A stretch of DNA of 64,000 nt from an uncultured Pseudomonadota bacterium (GCA_942491885.1 CALOCQ010000010.1:13907-77906), one strand, 5' to 3'; numbered from the stretch's first letter, positions 10,101-19,968 are shown. A program made the numbers and translations. The notes: generated by a model from the letters alone, not told the origin.

Positions 10101-10330
10101 TGACCACCGCCATCGGGCTTATGCCGATCATGCTCGAGCAAAGCACGCAGGCGCAGTTCGTCATTCCTATGGCGATATCGCTGAGCTTTGGCATTCTCTT
10201 CGCGACGCTGATCACGTTGATACTGGTGCCGGTGCTTTACATGCTGCAGATCGACTTCATGCATTGGCGGCATCGCGTGTGGCGCTGGTTGCTCGGCCGC
10301 TCGCCGAAGTATGCCGCGAGCGGGCAATAG
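7130..10330 (+). CDS. RND efflux transporter permease (AcrB/AcrD/AcrF family)
   Basis: 1066 aa with a 12-TM RND layout and two large periplasmic loops. The N-terminus ...FANNNVAANLLMFMIIAFGIYS is typical of the family. Confidence 0.92.
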   Translation: MEDIKRSGLIAWFANNNVAANLLMFMIIAFGIYSALTIRKQTTPDFELNAIQVVVPYPGAAPQEVEQGVVIKIEEALQDVPGIKELRGSAREGVGTVTVDVAPDAELNQVMSQVKTRVDAVSTFPELTERPIIEKIEVPIPVIFISVFGDLDEYARKELAKDIRGGLMVMPEINDVEVLGDRDYEISIEVSEDTLRSYQLTMSEIAQALRSASRDIPGGTIETSGGDILLRTQGQVYTGQQFADLVLRTFPDGTRLLLGDVATIRDGFVEDDGFGRFNEKPNITMQVLAGGQQNELKTAALVKAYVEEVAKGLPDSVQIETWVDRSSYLQQRLDMMVKNLLQGALLVFVVLTLFLRLKFALWVIVGIPVTFFGALSLMPFGPWPVTLNMISLFGFILVLGIVVDDAIIIGESIYTNVREKGHSINNVIDGARRVAVAATFGVLTTIAAFAPMLFVGGIAGSFLEAVAVVVTLCLIFSLIESKLILPAHLAHSKITPVDETEIFKPYRSVAFWHWPGKLLERAQRHTQHGLHWIIDRIYTPLLSRAIAARGVTLALFISMLILTIGLFGSGKMRFVLFPEVPGEFIMAELTMQNGTPTEVRNQTLLEAEHDLYRVRDRYLANSAGAVDPLAHVATFTSTPTSGMIIVEMPPAELQTIRMDEVTQLWRDEVGDVPGVRTLTFSQGMNIGGGAPLSFALSGTNFKALEEAAAELAAKLGDYEGVFDIRNSANPGGDEIQLAIKPNAQALGITLTSLGTQVRQAFYGEEVQRIQRDTDELKVMVRYPESQRRSVANLESMLISTPDGDRVPFSDVAEVTYGTAYSVISRQDAKRTVTVSADLDPVVAEPGEIISDVRNEYLPELLSRYTGVEFNLTGASLEEQEFIHNLTVASFAALFLIYALIAIPLRSYSQPLIIMSVIPFGFVGAVVGHLILGQAISMFSLFGLIALAGVVVNDSLIMMDFVNQARAEGLPAEKAVLQSGKARFRAIILTSLTTAIGLMPIMLEQSTQAQFVIPMAISLSFGILFATLITLILVPVLYMLQIDFMHWRHRVWRWLLGRSPKYAASGQ

Positions 10331-10372
10331 CATCGTTGGTCTGCGATGCCGCGCGCGGGTTAGACTCCGCGC

Positions 10373-11431
10373 ATGAAATGGCTATGGGTCTTGCTGGTCG
10401 CCGTGCTGCTGATGGCGCTCGGTATTGTTTTTGTCGCGCGCGAGGTGCCCGCACCCGTTGTCGCGTTGCCGCCGGATGCGACGGCGGTGCTCGAAGATCC
10501 GCGATTCGCGGCACCGCCCGATTGGCAATGGCGGCGAACGCAGACCCAGGCCGGCGAGGTTCGTTGGGGACATAGCGCGCCGGCCGCTCCGAAGGCCGTG
10601 GTGTATTTTCTGCCCGGCTACTCGGCGCCATTGGAAATCTATCTCGAGACCTTTACGTTACTGAACGTGGCCGGCTATGCGGTGGTAGCCATCGACTGGC
10701 CGGGGCAGGGCGGTTCCGAGCGTGGCAGCGAAAACCCGCAGAAGATTCATGCAACCTCACTCGACGGCCACGTGCTTGCGGCGGCAGATGTCTTGGTCGA
10801 GGCGCGTGCGCTTTATCCGGGCAAGCCCACGCTGCTGGTCGGTCTTTCGATGGGCGCGCAATTGGGTACGCGCCTGCTCGCGGCGGCGCAATCGTTTGGC
10901 GCTGCCGCGTTAATCACGCCCGCGTTTGATCTGGCAGACGGGCGCCCGTCGGCAATCGAGCTCACGCTTCTGCGCGTGCTCGACGGTGTCGGCTTCGGCG
11001 AACGTTATGCGCCGGGCGGCACCGACTGGACGTTCGATATGCAGGCACACGAGGGTACGGCGAGCGCGTGCAGTCACCCGAATGACCGCACCAAACTGTT
11101 CTATGCCAGCATGGCGCGTGATGCATCCATCAAGGTGGGCGGCATGAGCAATGCGTTCGCGCTGGCGATGATTGATTCTGCGCAAGACTCGCGCTCGCCG
11201 GCGGTGCTGGACAAGATCGACGTGCCGGTGTGGATGCCGGTTGCCGAGAATGATTTCTTCGTCGATAACGCTGCGGCTGCAGCTGCATGCGATCGTCTGG
11301 CGGATTGCCGGTTGCAACAATATGACGAGGCGCGTCACTGCCTGTTTGAGGAGTCGGACGAATATTACGAGCCGTTTATAGCGGATCTGATTCGATTTCT
11401 GGATGAGCAAGTTGTGGGGACTACGCTTTGA
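10373..11431 (+). CDS. membrane-anchored alpha/beta hydrolase (lysophospholipase-like)
   Basis: N-terminal TM helix. GLSMG nucleophile elbow after VVYFLPGYSAP...IDWPGQGGS. Confidence 0.8.
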   Translation: MKWLWVLLVAVLLMALGIVFVAREVPAPVVALPPDATAVLEDPRFAAPPDWQWRRTQTQAGEVRWGHSAPAAPKAVVYFLPGYSAPLEIYLETFTLLNVAGYAVVAIDWPGQGGSERGSENPQKIHATSLDGHVLAAADVLVEARALYPGKPTLLVGLSMGAQLGTRLLAAAQSFGAAALITPAFDLADGRPSAIELTLLRVLDGVGFGERYAPGGTDWTFDMQAHEGTASACSHPNDRTKLFYASMARDASIKVGGMSNAFALAMIDSAQDSRSPAVLDKIDVPVWMPVAENDFFVDNAAAAAACDRLADCRLQQYDEARHCLFEESDEYYEPFIADLIRFLDEQVVGTTL

Positions 11432-11501
11432 CCCGCTGCCATGCTTTGATCGACGGAATCCGCGTGAGCGCTGTTCGCCGGCATAGCCTCGTGACCCCGC
11501 G

Positions 11502-12365
11502 ATGAGTGCGATGGACGCTACTGAATATGTTTTCCTGATGGCGAGTCCCGATCGCCCCGGCATCCTGGCGGCGGTCGCCGAGACCATTGCAGGTTGCGAC
11601 GGCGATATTCGCGACGCCGCGTCTTTCGGCGATGCTGACAGCAACGAGTTCTTCATTCGCATACATCTTTCGCTGGCGAGTAACGGCGGGCGGGGGGCGC
11701 TCGAGGCGGCGCTGGCGAAAATGGCCGGGCGGTTCGATGGTCGTTGGCAGCTGCACGATTTGTCGCGTCGCCCGCGCCTACTGATCGCGGTGTCGAAATT
11801 CGAACACTGTCTCGGCGATCTGCTGAACCGCTGGAAGAGCGGCAATCTCAACGCCGATATTCCGGCTGTTATTTCGAATCACGACGATGCGCGTGCGCTG
11901 GTCGAATGGCACGGCGTCGCGTTCCATCACCTGCCGGTCGCGCCGGACAACAAACAGCAGCAGGAAGCGGCGATCATGCGGCTTGTCGACGAGCACGATG
12001 TCGACCTGGTCGTGCTCGCGCGCTACATGCAGATATTGTCGCCCGAGATGTCGGCAAGTCTACGCGGGCGCTGCATCAATATTCACCACTCGTTTTTGCC
12101 GAGCTTCAAGGGCGCGATGCCCTATCGTCAGGCGCATGAGCGCGGGGTGAAGTTGATCGGTGCGACGGCGCACTATGTCACCGACGATCTCGACGAAGGG
12201 CCGATCATCGAGCAGGACGTGCGCCGCGTGAACCACGCAACCAGCGCGGCGGACATGACATTGCTCGGGCGGGAAATCGAGAGCAGCGTGCTGTCGCGCG
12301 CGGTGCGCTGGCACCTCGAGCACCGCATCCTGTTCAACGGGCGTAAGACGGTGGTCTTTAACTGA
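11502..12365 (+). CDS. purU: formyltetrahydrofolate deformylase
   Basis: An N-terminal ACT-like domain plus a formyltransferase core (INIHHSFLPSFKGAMPYRQAHERGVKLIGATAHYVTDDLDEGPII). Confidence 0.92.
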   Translation: MSAMDATEYVFLMASPDRPGILAAVAETIAGCDGDIRDAASFGDADSNEFFIRIHLSLASNGGRGALEAALAKMAGRFDGRWQLHDLSRRPRLLIAVSKFEHCLGDLLNRWKSGNLNADIPAVISNHDDARALVEWHGVAFHHLPVAPDNKQQQEAAIMRLVDEHDVDLVVLARYMQILSPEMSASLRGRCINIHHSFLPSFKGAMPYRQAHERGVKLIGATAHYVTDDLDEGPIIEQDVRRVNHATSAADMTLLGREIESSVLSRAVRWHLEHRILFNGRKTVVFN

Positions 12366-12461
12366 CCGCGCCATATCGGTTTTGCCAACGGCGGTGAGCT
12401 GCGAATAACGATTACCGACTAGAGAAAAGCCACTGGCGAACGGCGAATCGCGAATTATGAA

Positions 12462-14717
12462 CTAACTGCGCGCACGCTCCGCAAAGCGAACGTGCTTCGA
12501 TAGCGGCAGTTCCCGAATGCGCTGACCGGTCGCGGCGAAAATCGCATTGGCCAGCGCCGGCGCGGCGGGCGGTACACAGGGCTCGCCGATGCCACGAATG
12601 TCGGTCAGGTTTTCCAGCGCCTTTGTCGTGATGTCCGGCGCCTGTCCCATGCGAAGGCTCAGGAACTGGTGAAAGTTGCTCTGCGTGATGCCGCCGTCGG
12701 CAAAGGTGATCTCACCGAGCATCGCATGCCCGAGCCCCCACAGCGTGCCGCCGGACATTTGCGCGTTCACGCCATCCGGGTCGAGCACGGTGCCGACATC
12801 TGCCGCGACGTAGGCATGATCAATGCGAATGCCATCCGGCGTGTCGGTGACTTCTACAACGATCGCGCACGGCACGCCGAACGACAGGCAGAACGCCACA
12901 CCGCGACCTGACCCTTCCGGCAGTGGGTCGCCCCAGCGGCTCATGTTGGCGGCGGCCTCCAGTACCTGACGTGACGGCGCGTGGTTCATCATGCGCAGGC
13001 GTGCCTCGACCGGATCCGCGCCGGCCGCGTGAATGAGTTCGTCCAGAAAACCATCATGGAAGAATCCGTTGCCGGAAGCGCCGACCGAGCGCCACGAGCT
13101 CACCGGCGCGAGTTCGGGCACGCGATAGCCGGTGACGCGGTAGTTGGCGATGTCGTAGGGCTGATCCCAGGCGCCGGCGACTATGGCGACATCCGGTCCG
13201 GGTACTGACACGCCGAGTCGACCGGTTTGCGACGCGGTGACGGACGGGTATGCGATGGATAAGTCATAGGCGTCAACCGAACCGTCGGCGACGCGGCCAC
13301 GCATTCTTGCCATACCCAGCGGCCGGCAGAAATCGTGCGTCATGTCCTGCTCACGCGTCCAGGTCATTTTCACCGGCGTGCCGGGTGTCGTCAGCGCGAC
13401 TTCGATCGCCTGGCGGACATAGTCATCTTCAAGCCGGCGCCCGAAACTGCCGCCGGCAATCAGCGTGTGCACGTGAATATCGTCGCTATCGAGGCCGGTT
13501 AGCGCCGATGCGGTTTCGACAATCTGCATGGGCACCTGGCTTGCGGTCCAGATGTCGATGCGCCCGGTTGTATAGCGCACCGTGGCATTCATTGGCTCCA
13601 GCGGCGCGTGTGCAAGATAGGGCAGGCGATACTCGGCCTCGATAACATCGTCCCCGACAAGGGTCTCGTCGACGTCGCCATCATTGCGAAACCGGCTGTC
13701 GCGACGGTCTTTTACAAACGCCGCGGAGACCGCTTCGAACATCGCATCGCTGTCGGCGGGATACGGTGCCGACTGCCAGTCGAAGCGTATTTTCTTCGCC
13801 GCCTGAAACGCTCTCCACGTGTTGTCGGCGAGTACGGCGGCACCGCCGGTGATCGGCACGACACTGATAATGCCGCGCGCTTTCCCGGCTTCGCCGGCGT
13901 CGAACGAATTGGCAACAGCGCCGATGCCGGGGTTGGTGACCACGGTGGCGTAGACCATGTCCGGCATATCGAGGTCGATGCCGTATTCGGCTGTGCCTGT
14001 GCTCTTGGCGACAACGTCGAGTCGCTGCAATGGTGTGCCGAGATAGCGCCATTCTGATTGTGGCTTCAGCGCCGGCGATTCCGGCAGATCAATCTCGGCT
14101 GCATCCGCCGCCAGAGCGGTGTAGGCGATCTTGTCGCCGCCTGGCAAAAGCACATGACCGTCGCGCGTAGACAGTTGTCCGACGTCGGTGTCCGTGCGTC
14201 GCGCCGCGGCGTCCATGAGCACGAGTCTCGCCGCGGCACCGGCGGTGCGCATCTTGATGAACGCATCCGGCACCGTGGTTGAGCCGCCCGTGATGTGCAG
14301 CTTCATGAACTTGCCAATCACATCGCCGAAGCCGCGTGCGCGTCGCGCCATGAAGCCCGTATCGGTGGCGGCGAACGGCAGGCCTTCCGCGGCGACTTTG
14401 CCGTTGTAGTAGGCGGTGCTCGGCGGCCCGTGATCGACACGGATATCCCGCCACGCGATGTCGAGCTCCTCGGCGACCATCGCCGCGAGAATGGTGTAGG
14501 CGCCCTGGCCGACTTCTGTGCGCGGCGTAATGATCGTGACGCCCTGCTGGTCGATGATCAGGTAGGGCGTCAATGCGGTTTGGTCGTCGTCTATGAGATC
14601 GAGCAACGGATTTGGAATGGGCCGCTTGTAGGCGTAGTAGCCGAAAGCGACGCCGCCGGCGATCGCGACGGAGCCGAACATCAGGGTTCTGCGTGTGATG
14701 GTTTTCAGCTTACCCAT
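12462..14717 (-). CDS. molybdopterin-binding subunit of IorB/aldehyde-oxidase (xanthine dehydrogenase) family, Tat-exported
   Basis: The ATG at 14717 gives MGKLKTITRRTLMFGSVAIAGG, a twin-arginine signal. About 750 aa, directly downstream of a 2Fe-2S small subunit gene. Confidence 0.88.
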   Translation of the reverse strand: MGKLKTITRRTLMFGSVAIAGGVAFGYYAYKRPIPNPLLDLIDDDQTALTPYLIIDQQGVTIITPRTEVGQGAYTILAAMVAEELDIAWRDIRVDHGPPSTAYYNGKVAAEGLPFAATDTGFMARRARGFGDVIGKFMKLHITGGSTTVPDAFIKMRTAGAAARLVLMDAAARRTDTDVGQLSTRDGHVLLPGGDKIAYTALAADAAEIDLPESPALKPQSEWRYLGTPLQRLDVVAKSTGTAEYGIDLDMPDMVYATVVTNPGIGAVANSFDAGEAGKARGIISVVPITGGAAVLADNTWRAFQAAKKIRFDWQSAPYPADSDAMFEAVSAAFVKDRRDSRFRNDGDVDETLVGDDVIEAEYRLPYLAHAPLEPMNATVRYTTGRIDIWTASQVPMQIVETASALTGLDSDDIHVHTLIAGGSFGRRLEDDYVRQAIEVALTTPGTPVKMTWTREQDMTHDFCRPLGMARMRGRVADGSVDAYDLSIAYPSVTASQTGRLGVSVPGPDVAIVAGAWDQPYDIANYRVTGYRVPELAPVSSWRSVGASGNGFFHDGFLDELIHAAGADPVEARLRMMNHAPSRQVLEAAANMSRWGDPLPEGSGRGVAFCLSFGVPCAIVVEVTDTPDGIRIDHAYVAADVGTVLDPDGVNAQMSGGTLWGLGHAMLGEITFADGGITQSNFHQFLSLRMGQAPDITTKALENLTDIRGIGEPCVPPAAPALANAIFAATGQRIRELPLSKHVRFAERARS

Positions 14718-14729
14718 GTGGCGTGCTCT

Positions 14730-14832
14730 TTTGCCGCGGGCCTGCGGCCCTCGCAATGACGGTTTGCCGCGTCGCTGGTTTGCCGCGGGCCTGCGGCCCT
14801 CGCAATGACGAAAGAGAGACCGTCATTGCGAG
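14730..14832. repeat. REP-like intergenic element
   Basis: The 32-bp unit TTTGCCGCGGGCCTGCGGCCCTCGCAATGACG occurs exactly twice (14730-14761 and 14779-14810). There is also a truncated copy at 14763-14771 and an inverted CGTCATTGCGAG at 14821-14832 that can pair with either CTCGCAATGACG. Confidence 0.8.
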
Positions 14833-15296
14833 CTTTGCGCGGCAATCTGCTGCGCGGCGTCCTTGATCGCACGGCGTATACGCGGGTAGGTCGCACAGCG
14901 GCACAAATTGCCGGACATGGCGTTGTCGATGTCGGCTTCGCTGGGCGTCGCATTGTTGGCGATCAGCGCCGCGGCGCTCATGATCTGGCCCGACTGGCAG
15001 TAACCGCATTGCGCGACCTGGTGTTTGATCCAGGCCTGCTGGAGGGTGTGCAGCGAGTCCGGCGTGCCGAGGCCCTCGATGGTTGTGATCGGCGCCGAGA
15101 TGGCGCCAACGGGGAGTGAGCATGAGCGTACCGGGGCGCCATTCAGGTGGACGGTGCACGCGCCGCAGGCGCCAATGCCGCAACCGAACTTCGGCCCCTT
15201 GATGCCCAGTTCGTCACGTAACACCCACAACAGCGGCATCTCCGGTTCGACGTCGACATCGAAGCGTTGCCCATTGATTGTTAATTCCATCATCAA
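14823..15296 (-). CDS. (2Fe-2S)-binding small subunit of IorA/aldehyde-oxidase family
   Basis: [11 protein letters not shown] and [10 protein letters not shown]...CRC cysteine clusters, typical of the two [2Fe-2S] domains. 157 aa. Confidence 0.92.
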   Translation of the reverse strand: MMMELTINGQRFDVDVEPEMPLLWVLRDELGIKGPKFGCGIGACGACTVHLNGAPVRSCSLPVGAISAPITTIEGLGTPDSLHTLQQAWIKHQVAQCGYCQSGQIMSAAALIANNATPSEADIDNAMSGNLCRCATYPRIRRAIKDAAQQIAAQSSQ

Positions 15297-15381
15297 TTCC
15301 CTTGCGCAGACCTGATGATGTTGAGCGAAGGCGTGGCCCCTTGCAAGCCGTCCATGGCCTGCGAGGTGGGCCGGGGCGACG

Positions 15382-16398
15382 TCAGTCGCCGGACGTCAGC
15401 TTGCGGATCTCACGCAACAGATTGTCGTCATCGGTTTGTGTGCGTGCGCGCGCGAAAACCTCGCTTGCCGCGTTCATGTCGCCGGCGAGCCGGTGCAGCT
15501 GGCCGAGTCGGAACAGCGCCCAGTTGATGTCGGGCAGCGTCGCTGCGATATCCGTTTGGTCCGTGTACTCGGTGAGCGCTGCGATGCCGTCGCTGACATT
15601 CTGTTCGCTGAAAACTGCGGTTCGGCCAACCTGGTACAAGGCGCCCAGGCGCGCCAGAGTGGCATCTTCATCGTCGGAACGCGTCTTCGATGCCTGTAGA
15701 AAAGCCTCATGCGCCTGTTGGTAGTCTTCCTCGCCCTGATAGTAGAAACCGAGGCGAAGGAGTGCGCGCGGGTCGTCGGGATGGGCGTCTGCGAGCTCAG
15801 TCAGCATCGTACGCGCGCGCTCCGGCTGGTTGGTTTCACTGTAGATTGAGGCGAGTAGCAGCCGGCCATCGACCGGCGCGAATGCGACCATGTCCTGTGC
15901 CAATGCAAGTGCGGCGTCCTTGTCGCCACCGAGAAATCCGGGCGCCTGCAGATAGTAGGAAATCAATCCCTGATGTGCCGCGACATGCTGGTCATCGAGC
16001 TCGATTGCGCGCTCGAACGCGCCGCGTGCTTTGCGCGCATATCCGGCCGCGCGGAACAGGCTGACATTCGCCGCGAGGCTGCCCGCGCTGGCGCCGAGCC
16101 AGTATTGCGTGTCTGCATCGTCAGGCTGATCGTCGGCAAGCGCTTCGAAGGCCCCGTAAGCCTTCTTGAAATCATTTTCTGACATGGCGATTATGCCGAG
16201 CAGTTTGCGTTTCTGCGGATCATTGTCCTGCGCCACCTCGTCGGCGAGCAATAGCCCCGCACGCTCGAGGTCGCCGGCCGCGTAGGCGTCGGTGCCCGGG
16301 CTTGCATGCAGCATGCCGGCCACCATCAACAGCAACAAGGCCAGCGGTATGGCGCGAACGACGCGCAGCGAGTAAGTATTGTGTTGTGAGTTGTTCAT
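15382..16398 (-). CDS. secreted tetratricopeptide-repeat protein
   Basis: The ATG at 16398 overlaps the upstream stop (ATGA). Signal peptide ...[17 protein letters not shown]. Repeated TPR-like A/Y/L patterns run throughout the protein. Confidence 0.75.
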   Translation of the reverse strand: MNNSQHNTYSLRVVRAIPLALLLLMVAGMLHASPGTDAYAAGDLERAGLLLADEVAQDNDPQKRKLLGIIAMSENDFKKAYGAFEALADDQPDDADTQYWLGASAGSLAANVSLFRAAGYARKARGAFERAIELDDQHVAAHQGLISYYLQAPGFLGGDKDAALALAQDMVAFAPVDGRLLLASIYSETNQPERARTMLTELADAHPDDPRALLRLGFYYQGEEDYQQAHEAFLQASKTRSDDEDATLARLGALYQVGRTAVFSEQNVSDGIAALTEYTDQTDIAATLPDINWALFRLGQLHRLAGDMNAASEVFARARTQTDDDNLLREIRKLTSGD

Positions 16399-17141
16399 GC
16401 GAGTGTCCGTCCCTGATAGCGTTTGGCGAGTTGACGAATGGCGATGGTGCCAATGATAGCCGGTGCGACCCATGGAATGATCTGCCACTGGCCGCTGAGC
16501 AGCTGCGACAGGAATCGTGAGCCGCCAAAGGCAAACAGTGCTGTGTAGGCGCCGATACCGGTGCCGATGAGGCCGTTGAAATGGGCGATGAGCGCTTGCT
16601 TCGGATCGAGTCGCGGCAAACGGATTTCGCGCAGCATCTGGAATGATGCCGACACCGAGATAAAAGCGAAGACGATCAGCAGCATCTGACGTTGGCTGAT
16701 ACCGACGATGCCGACCGCGATGCCAAGCAGGCCGAGCGTGGCGATAAGCGCAACGTGCGCAGGCTGGCGCAGCGCGCCTGGGTCGCGTCTGGCTTTCAGC
16801 GCCAACATGCCGTGACGCAGCCCGGATAACACCAGCAGACTCAGCATCAGCAGGAACAACGAGAACATGCGGCTCTGCGAGGCGACGGAAAACGCGCGCT
16901 CCATGTCGACGTTTTGCGCCCCGAAGCGCACGCTGATCGGGTCGAGCAGCACGATAACCGACATCAGCAGGGCGCTGATCGCGACCGTGTACATCGTATA
17001 GGTATAGATGCGCCCGGCCCTGATGTGCAGCGGCGAGCCCTTGCGGGCAATCACCGGCAGCCAGAAGACAAAAATGGCGACGGTGCCGATGGCGATGTGC
17101 GTATAAAGCAGGATCTGGTGTATCTGGTGGATCTGAATCAT
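16395..17141 (-). CDS. polytopic inner-membrane protein, function unknown
   Basis: About 6 hydrophobic helices. The ATG at 17141 is preceded by GAGGAG; the alternative GTG at 17165 is weaker. Confidence 0.65.
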   Translation of the reverse strand: MIQIHQIHQILLYTHIAIGTVAIFVFWLPVIARKGSPLHIRAGRIYTYTMYTVAISALLMSVIVLLDPISVRFGAQNVDMERAFSVASQSRMFSLFLLMLSLLVLSGLRHGMLALKARRDPGALRQPAHVALIATLGLLGIAVGIVGISQRQMLLIVFAFISVSASFQMLREIRLPRLDPKQALIAHFNGLIGTGIGAYTALFAFGGSRFLSQLLSGQWQIIPWVAPAIIGTIAIRQLAKRYQGRTLA

Positions 17142-17234
17142 TGGGGTTTGCTCCTCAGTTGCCACCAGATTACTGAGTCTTGCCGTTTCGCATCAGTGCC
17201 GCAGGTCATGATCTCAAACCATGACTTTTGGCCT

Positions 17235-18398
17235 ATGGCAACGACGGCCGTGCAGCGCCACAATACAGCCATGAACGCGATAATCAGAACGATTCAGGCC
17301 GAAGCCGTCGCCGCGATCCTGACATGGACTGTGGTCACGGGGCTGGTGCTCTACCAGATCACATCGGCGACGTCAGGCTATGCGGGCACGCTCGAGCTGA
17401 CCATCCTGCTGACGCTGGCCAATCTCGTTGGCATGCTCGGCGCGATGAGTCCGCGTCTGACAACGCGGGTGCGCTGGGCGAGCCACGTTATGCAACTGCT
17501 CAGCGCCCTGACGCTAGGCTGGCTATTGCCGATCGAATACCTGCAGATATTCACGATTATCTGGATCGCGATGGCGACCCAATTCTATTCGATGCGTGTT
17601 TGTGTGGGTCTGCTCGTCGGCATAGCCGCTTACTGGTTCTCTATCCTGACCTGGCACTGGTTCGAGGCCAATGCGATTTTCTCGGTGGCGTTATTCGCAA
17701 CGTTCCACGTTTTCGCCTTGCTGACCTCCCGCGCGGCACACCGTGCCGAGCAGGCGCGCGACCACACACAAGAGCTGTACCGCGAGCTTGTCGCGACGCA
17801 GCACCTGTTGACCGAGGCATCGCGTCAGAGCGAGCGCACGCGCATCGCACGCGACCTGCACGATCTGGTCGGTCATCATCTGACGGCGTTGTCGATTAAC
17901 CTGCAAATCGCCGAACGTCTTAGCGAAGGTGAGGCGAAAGAGAAAATAGCGCATAGCCGAGCGCTGGCCAGATTGCTGCTGAGCGACGTGCGCGAAGCGG
18001 TGAGCACTTTACGTGAGCAGGGTGCGCTGGATTTTCGCAAGGCGCTCGCATTGCTGATTGAGAATGTGCCGCAACTCGATATTGATATGCAGATTGCCGA
18101 TGACGTCGAGATTGACGATGTGGAGATCGCCGATGCCATTATTCGGTGCGTGCAGGAAGCCATCACAAACACGCTGCGCCATTCCGGTGCTTCGCGCAGC
18201 TGGATTCGCGTCTGGCGCGCCGACGGCTTGTTACAGGTCAGCATTCGCGACGACGGGCGCGCCGTTGCCGCGGTGGAGGAGGGCAATGGGCTTGCCGGCA
18301 TGCGCGAGCGTTTGCAGCGCCTCGGCGGCACTCTGCGCTGCGCCAGCGTCGACGACGCGTTAAGCTTGCAGGTGCAAATACCACTGCCGGGAAACTGA
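17235..18398 (+). CDS. sensor histidine kinase, HisKA_3 (NarX/DesK-like) class
   Basis: Multi-TM N-terminus, H-box RIARDLHDLVGHHLTAL and ATPase G-box GNGLAGMRERL. The start is uncertain (17208, 17235 or 17271). The ORF-track start at 16914 overlaps the opposite-strand gene. Confidence 0.85.
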   Translation: MATTAVQRHNTAMNAIIRTIQAEAVAAILTWTVVTGLVLYQITSATSGYAGTLELTILLTLANLVGMLGAMSPRLTTRVRWASHVMQLLSALTLGWLLPIEYLQIFTIIWIAMATQFYSMRVCVGLLVGIAAYWFSILTWHWFEANAIFSVALFATFHVFALLTSRAAHRAEQARDHTQELYRELVATQHLLTEASRQSERTRIARDLHDLVGHHLTALSINLQIAERLSEGEAKEKIAHSRALARLLLSDVREAVSTLREQGALDFRKALALLIENVPQLDIDMQIADDVEIDDVEIADAIIRCVQEAITNTLRHSGASRSWIRVWRADGLLQVSIRDDGRAVAAVEEGNGLAGMRERLQRLGGTLRCASVDDALSLQVQIPLPGN

Positions 18399-18399
18399 T

Positions 18400-19044
18400 A
18401 TGGCCATCACAGTCGGGCTGATCGACGACCAGACACTGGTACGTCAGGGCATCGTTGGCCTGCTCGCTCTATCGGACGCGGTCGAGGTCGTCGATGAGGC
18501 GGATGATGGCGCCGAGGCCGTGGCCATGGCAACGCGCTCGTCGCCCGACGTCATTCTTATGGACATGCGCATGCCGAAGATGAACGGCAGCGACGCTATC
18601 CAGTCGCTACGCGACGCCGGCATCGAAACGCCTGTGATTATTCTGACCACCTTTGATGATCATGAGCAGGTGCTGTCCGGTATTCGTGCCGGCGCCAAAG
18701 GCTATCTGCTGAAAGACGTGTCGCTGGATGATCTGATTATCGCCATCGAGTCGGTGCACCGCGGTGAGACGATGATTCAGCCGGCGATAACCGAGACCTT
18801 GTTGAAGGGGCTAGGCCAGCGCGGCGCGAATTTTGATAGTGCCGCAATGCCCGAGCCGCTGACGCCGCGCGAGACCGAGGTCATTCGCCTGATGGCCGGT
18901 GGCTACAGCAACAAAGAGATCTCCTCGGCGCTGAGCAAGTCGGAGGGCACGATCAAGAATCACGTATCGAACATTCTCGCCAAGCTCGGCGTTCGCGATC
19001 GCACACGCGCGGTGCTTAAGGCGATCGAGTTGGGTGTAATGTAG
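18400..19044 (+). CDS. response regulator, NarL/LuxR family
   Basis: Receiver domain (DVILMDMRMPKMNG) plus a LuxR HTH (LTPRETEVIRLMAGGYSNKEISSAL...TIKNHVSNILAKLGV). Confidence 0.92.
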   Translation: MAITVGLIDDQTLVRQGIVGLLALSDAVEVVDEADDGAEAVAMATRSSPDVILMDMRMPKMNGSDAIQSLRDAGIETPVIILTTFDDHEQVLSGIRAGAKGYLLKDVSLDDLIIAIESVHRGETMIQPAITETLLKGLGQRGANFDSAAMPEPLTPRETEVIRLMAGGYSNKEISSALSKSEGTIKNHVSNILAKLGVRDRTRAVLKAIELGVM

Positions 19045-19101
19045 GCGCTCGCATGCCGCCTGGCATGTCAGCGCATTGCTTGAGGCGACGCTTGACAGGC
19101 G

Positions 19102-19968
19102 TCAACCCGCGCGGTCGAGAATCTTCTTCGCCTGGGTCAGATGCGGCCGGTCGAGCATACGCCCGTCCAACTGCACGGCGCCGGCCTCCGGGCTGGCCGC
19201 GAATGCTTCCACGACACGTCGCGCGTGCGCCAGGTCTGCGTCCGATGGCGTGAAGGCTGTGTTGATCACGCCGGTTTGTGCGGGATGGATCGCGAGCATG
19301 CCATCGAAGCCGTCGCGTAGCGCCACGCGCGCGTAGCCGGCGAGGCCATCGCTGTCGCGGAAATCGCTGAACAACGTATCGATCGCGAGCACCCCGCAGG
19401 CGCGCGCCGCCAGCAGGCATTGCGATCTGGCCAACTGGTAGGTGAACGTCCAGTGGCCGCTGTCATCGCGATTGGTGACGGCGCCCAGCGCCGCGGACAG
19501 GTCTTCGCCGCCCCAGGTCATCGCCGTCACACGCGGATTCACCGACGTCATTGTCGGTAGCGCCAGCGTCATCTCGGGCGTTTCGGTCACCAGGGCGATG
19601 ATCTTTGTGCTGCCAACCACTAAACCGTAGTTGCGTTCCTGTGCCTCGATCGCTGCCGCCAATGCATCAATATCGTCGGCGGTTCGAATCTTCGGTTGCA
19701 TGATGAAGGCGGGACCCGCGGCCATCACGGCGGCGAGATCGTCACGCGCGGCTTCGCTGTCGATCGGATTGACGCGCACGCAGGTGGTGAAGGGCAGGTT
19801 GTCGCTGGCAACGATGTCGCGTACCAGCTCGCGCGCATGTACCCGACGCTCGGGAACCACCGCGTCTTCCAGATCGTAGATCACGACATCGGCGTCGTTC
19901 GTTTTTGATTTTTCAATCTTGCGCTCGGAGTCGCCGGGGACAAATAACAATGATCGGCAGCGCTGCAT
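19102..19968 (-). CDS. HpcH/HpaI/CitE-family acyl-CoA lyase (citrate lyase beta-like)
   Basis: LLFVPGDSERKIEK...DVVIYDLEDAV signature. 288 aa. Its start overlaps the MaoC gene stop (TGATG). Confidence 0.85.
   Translation of the reverse strand: MQRCRSLLFVPGDSERKIEKSKTNDADVVIYDLEDAVVPERRVHARELVRDIVASDNLPFTTCVRVNPIDSEAARDDLAAVMAAGPAFIMQPKIRTADDIDALAAAIEAQERNYGLVVGSTKIIALVTETPEMTLALPTMTSVNPRVTAMTWGGEDLSAALGAVTNRDDSGHWTFTYQLARSQCLLAARACGVLAIDTLFSDFRDSDGLAGYARVALRDGFDGMLAIHPAQTGVINTAFTPSDADLAHARRVVEAFAASPEAGAVQLDGRMLDRPHLTQAKKILDRAG

Noticed and set aside
10910-11851. 313-aa minus-strand ORF overlapping the hydrolase and purU genes
   Set aside because: It has Arg-rich composition, crosses an intergenic gap and runs antisense to two recognised genes.
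14730-14810. Possible CRISPR array, suggested by repeated 32-bp units with a spacer
   Set aside because: There are only two full copies and a 17-bp spacer. No cas genes are present. The units are internally palindromic REP-like sequences sitting between two cistrons of one operon.
16914-17234. N-terminal extension of about 107 codons on the histidine-kinase ORF
   Set aside because: It overlaps the opposite-strand membrane protein gene (16395-17141) and is Arg/Asp/His-rich. The hydrophobic kinase N-terminus begins after 17208.
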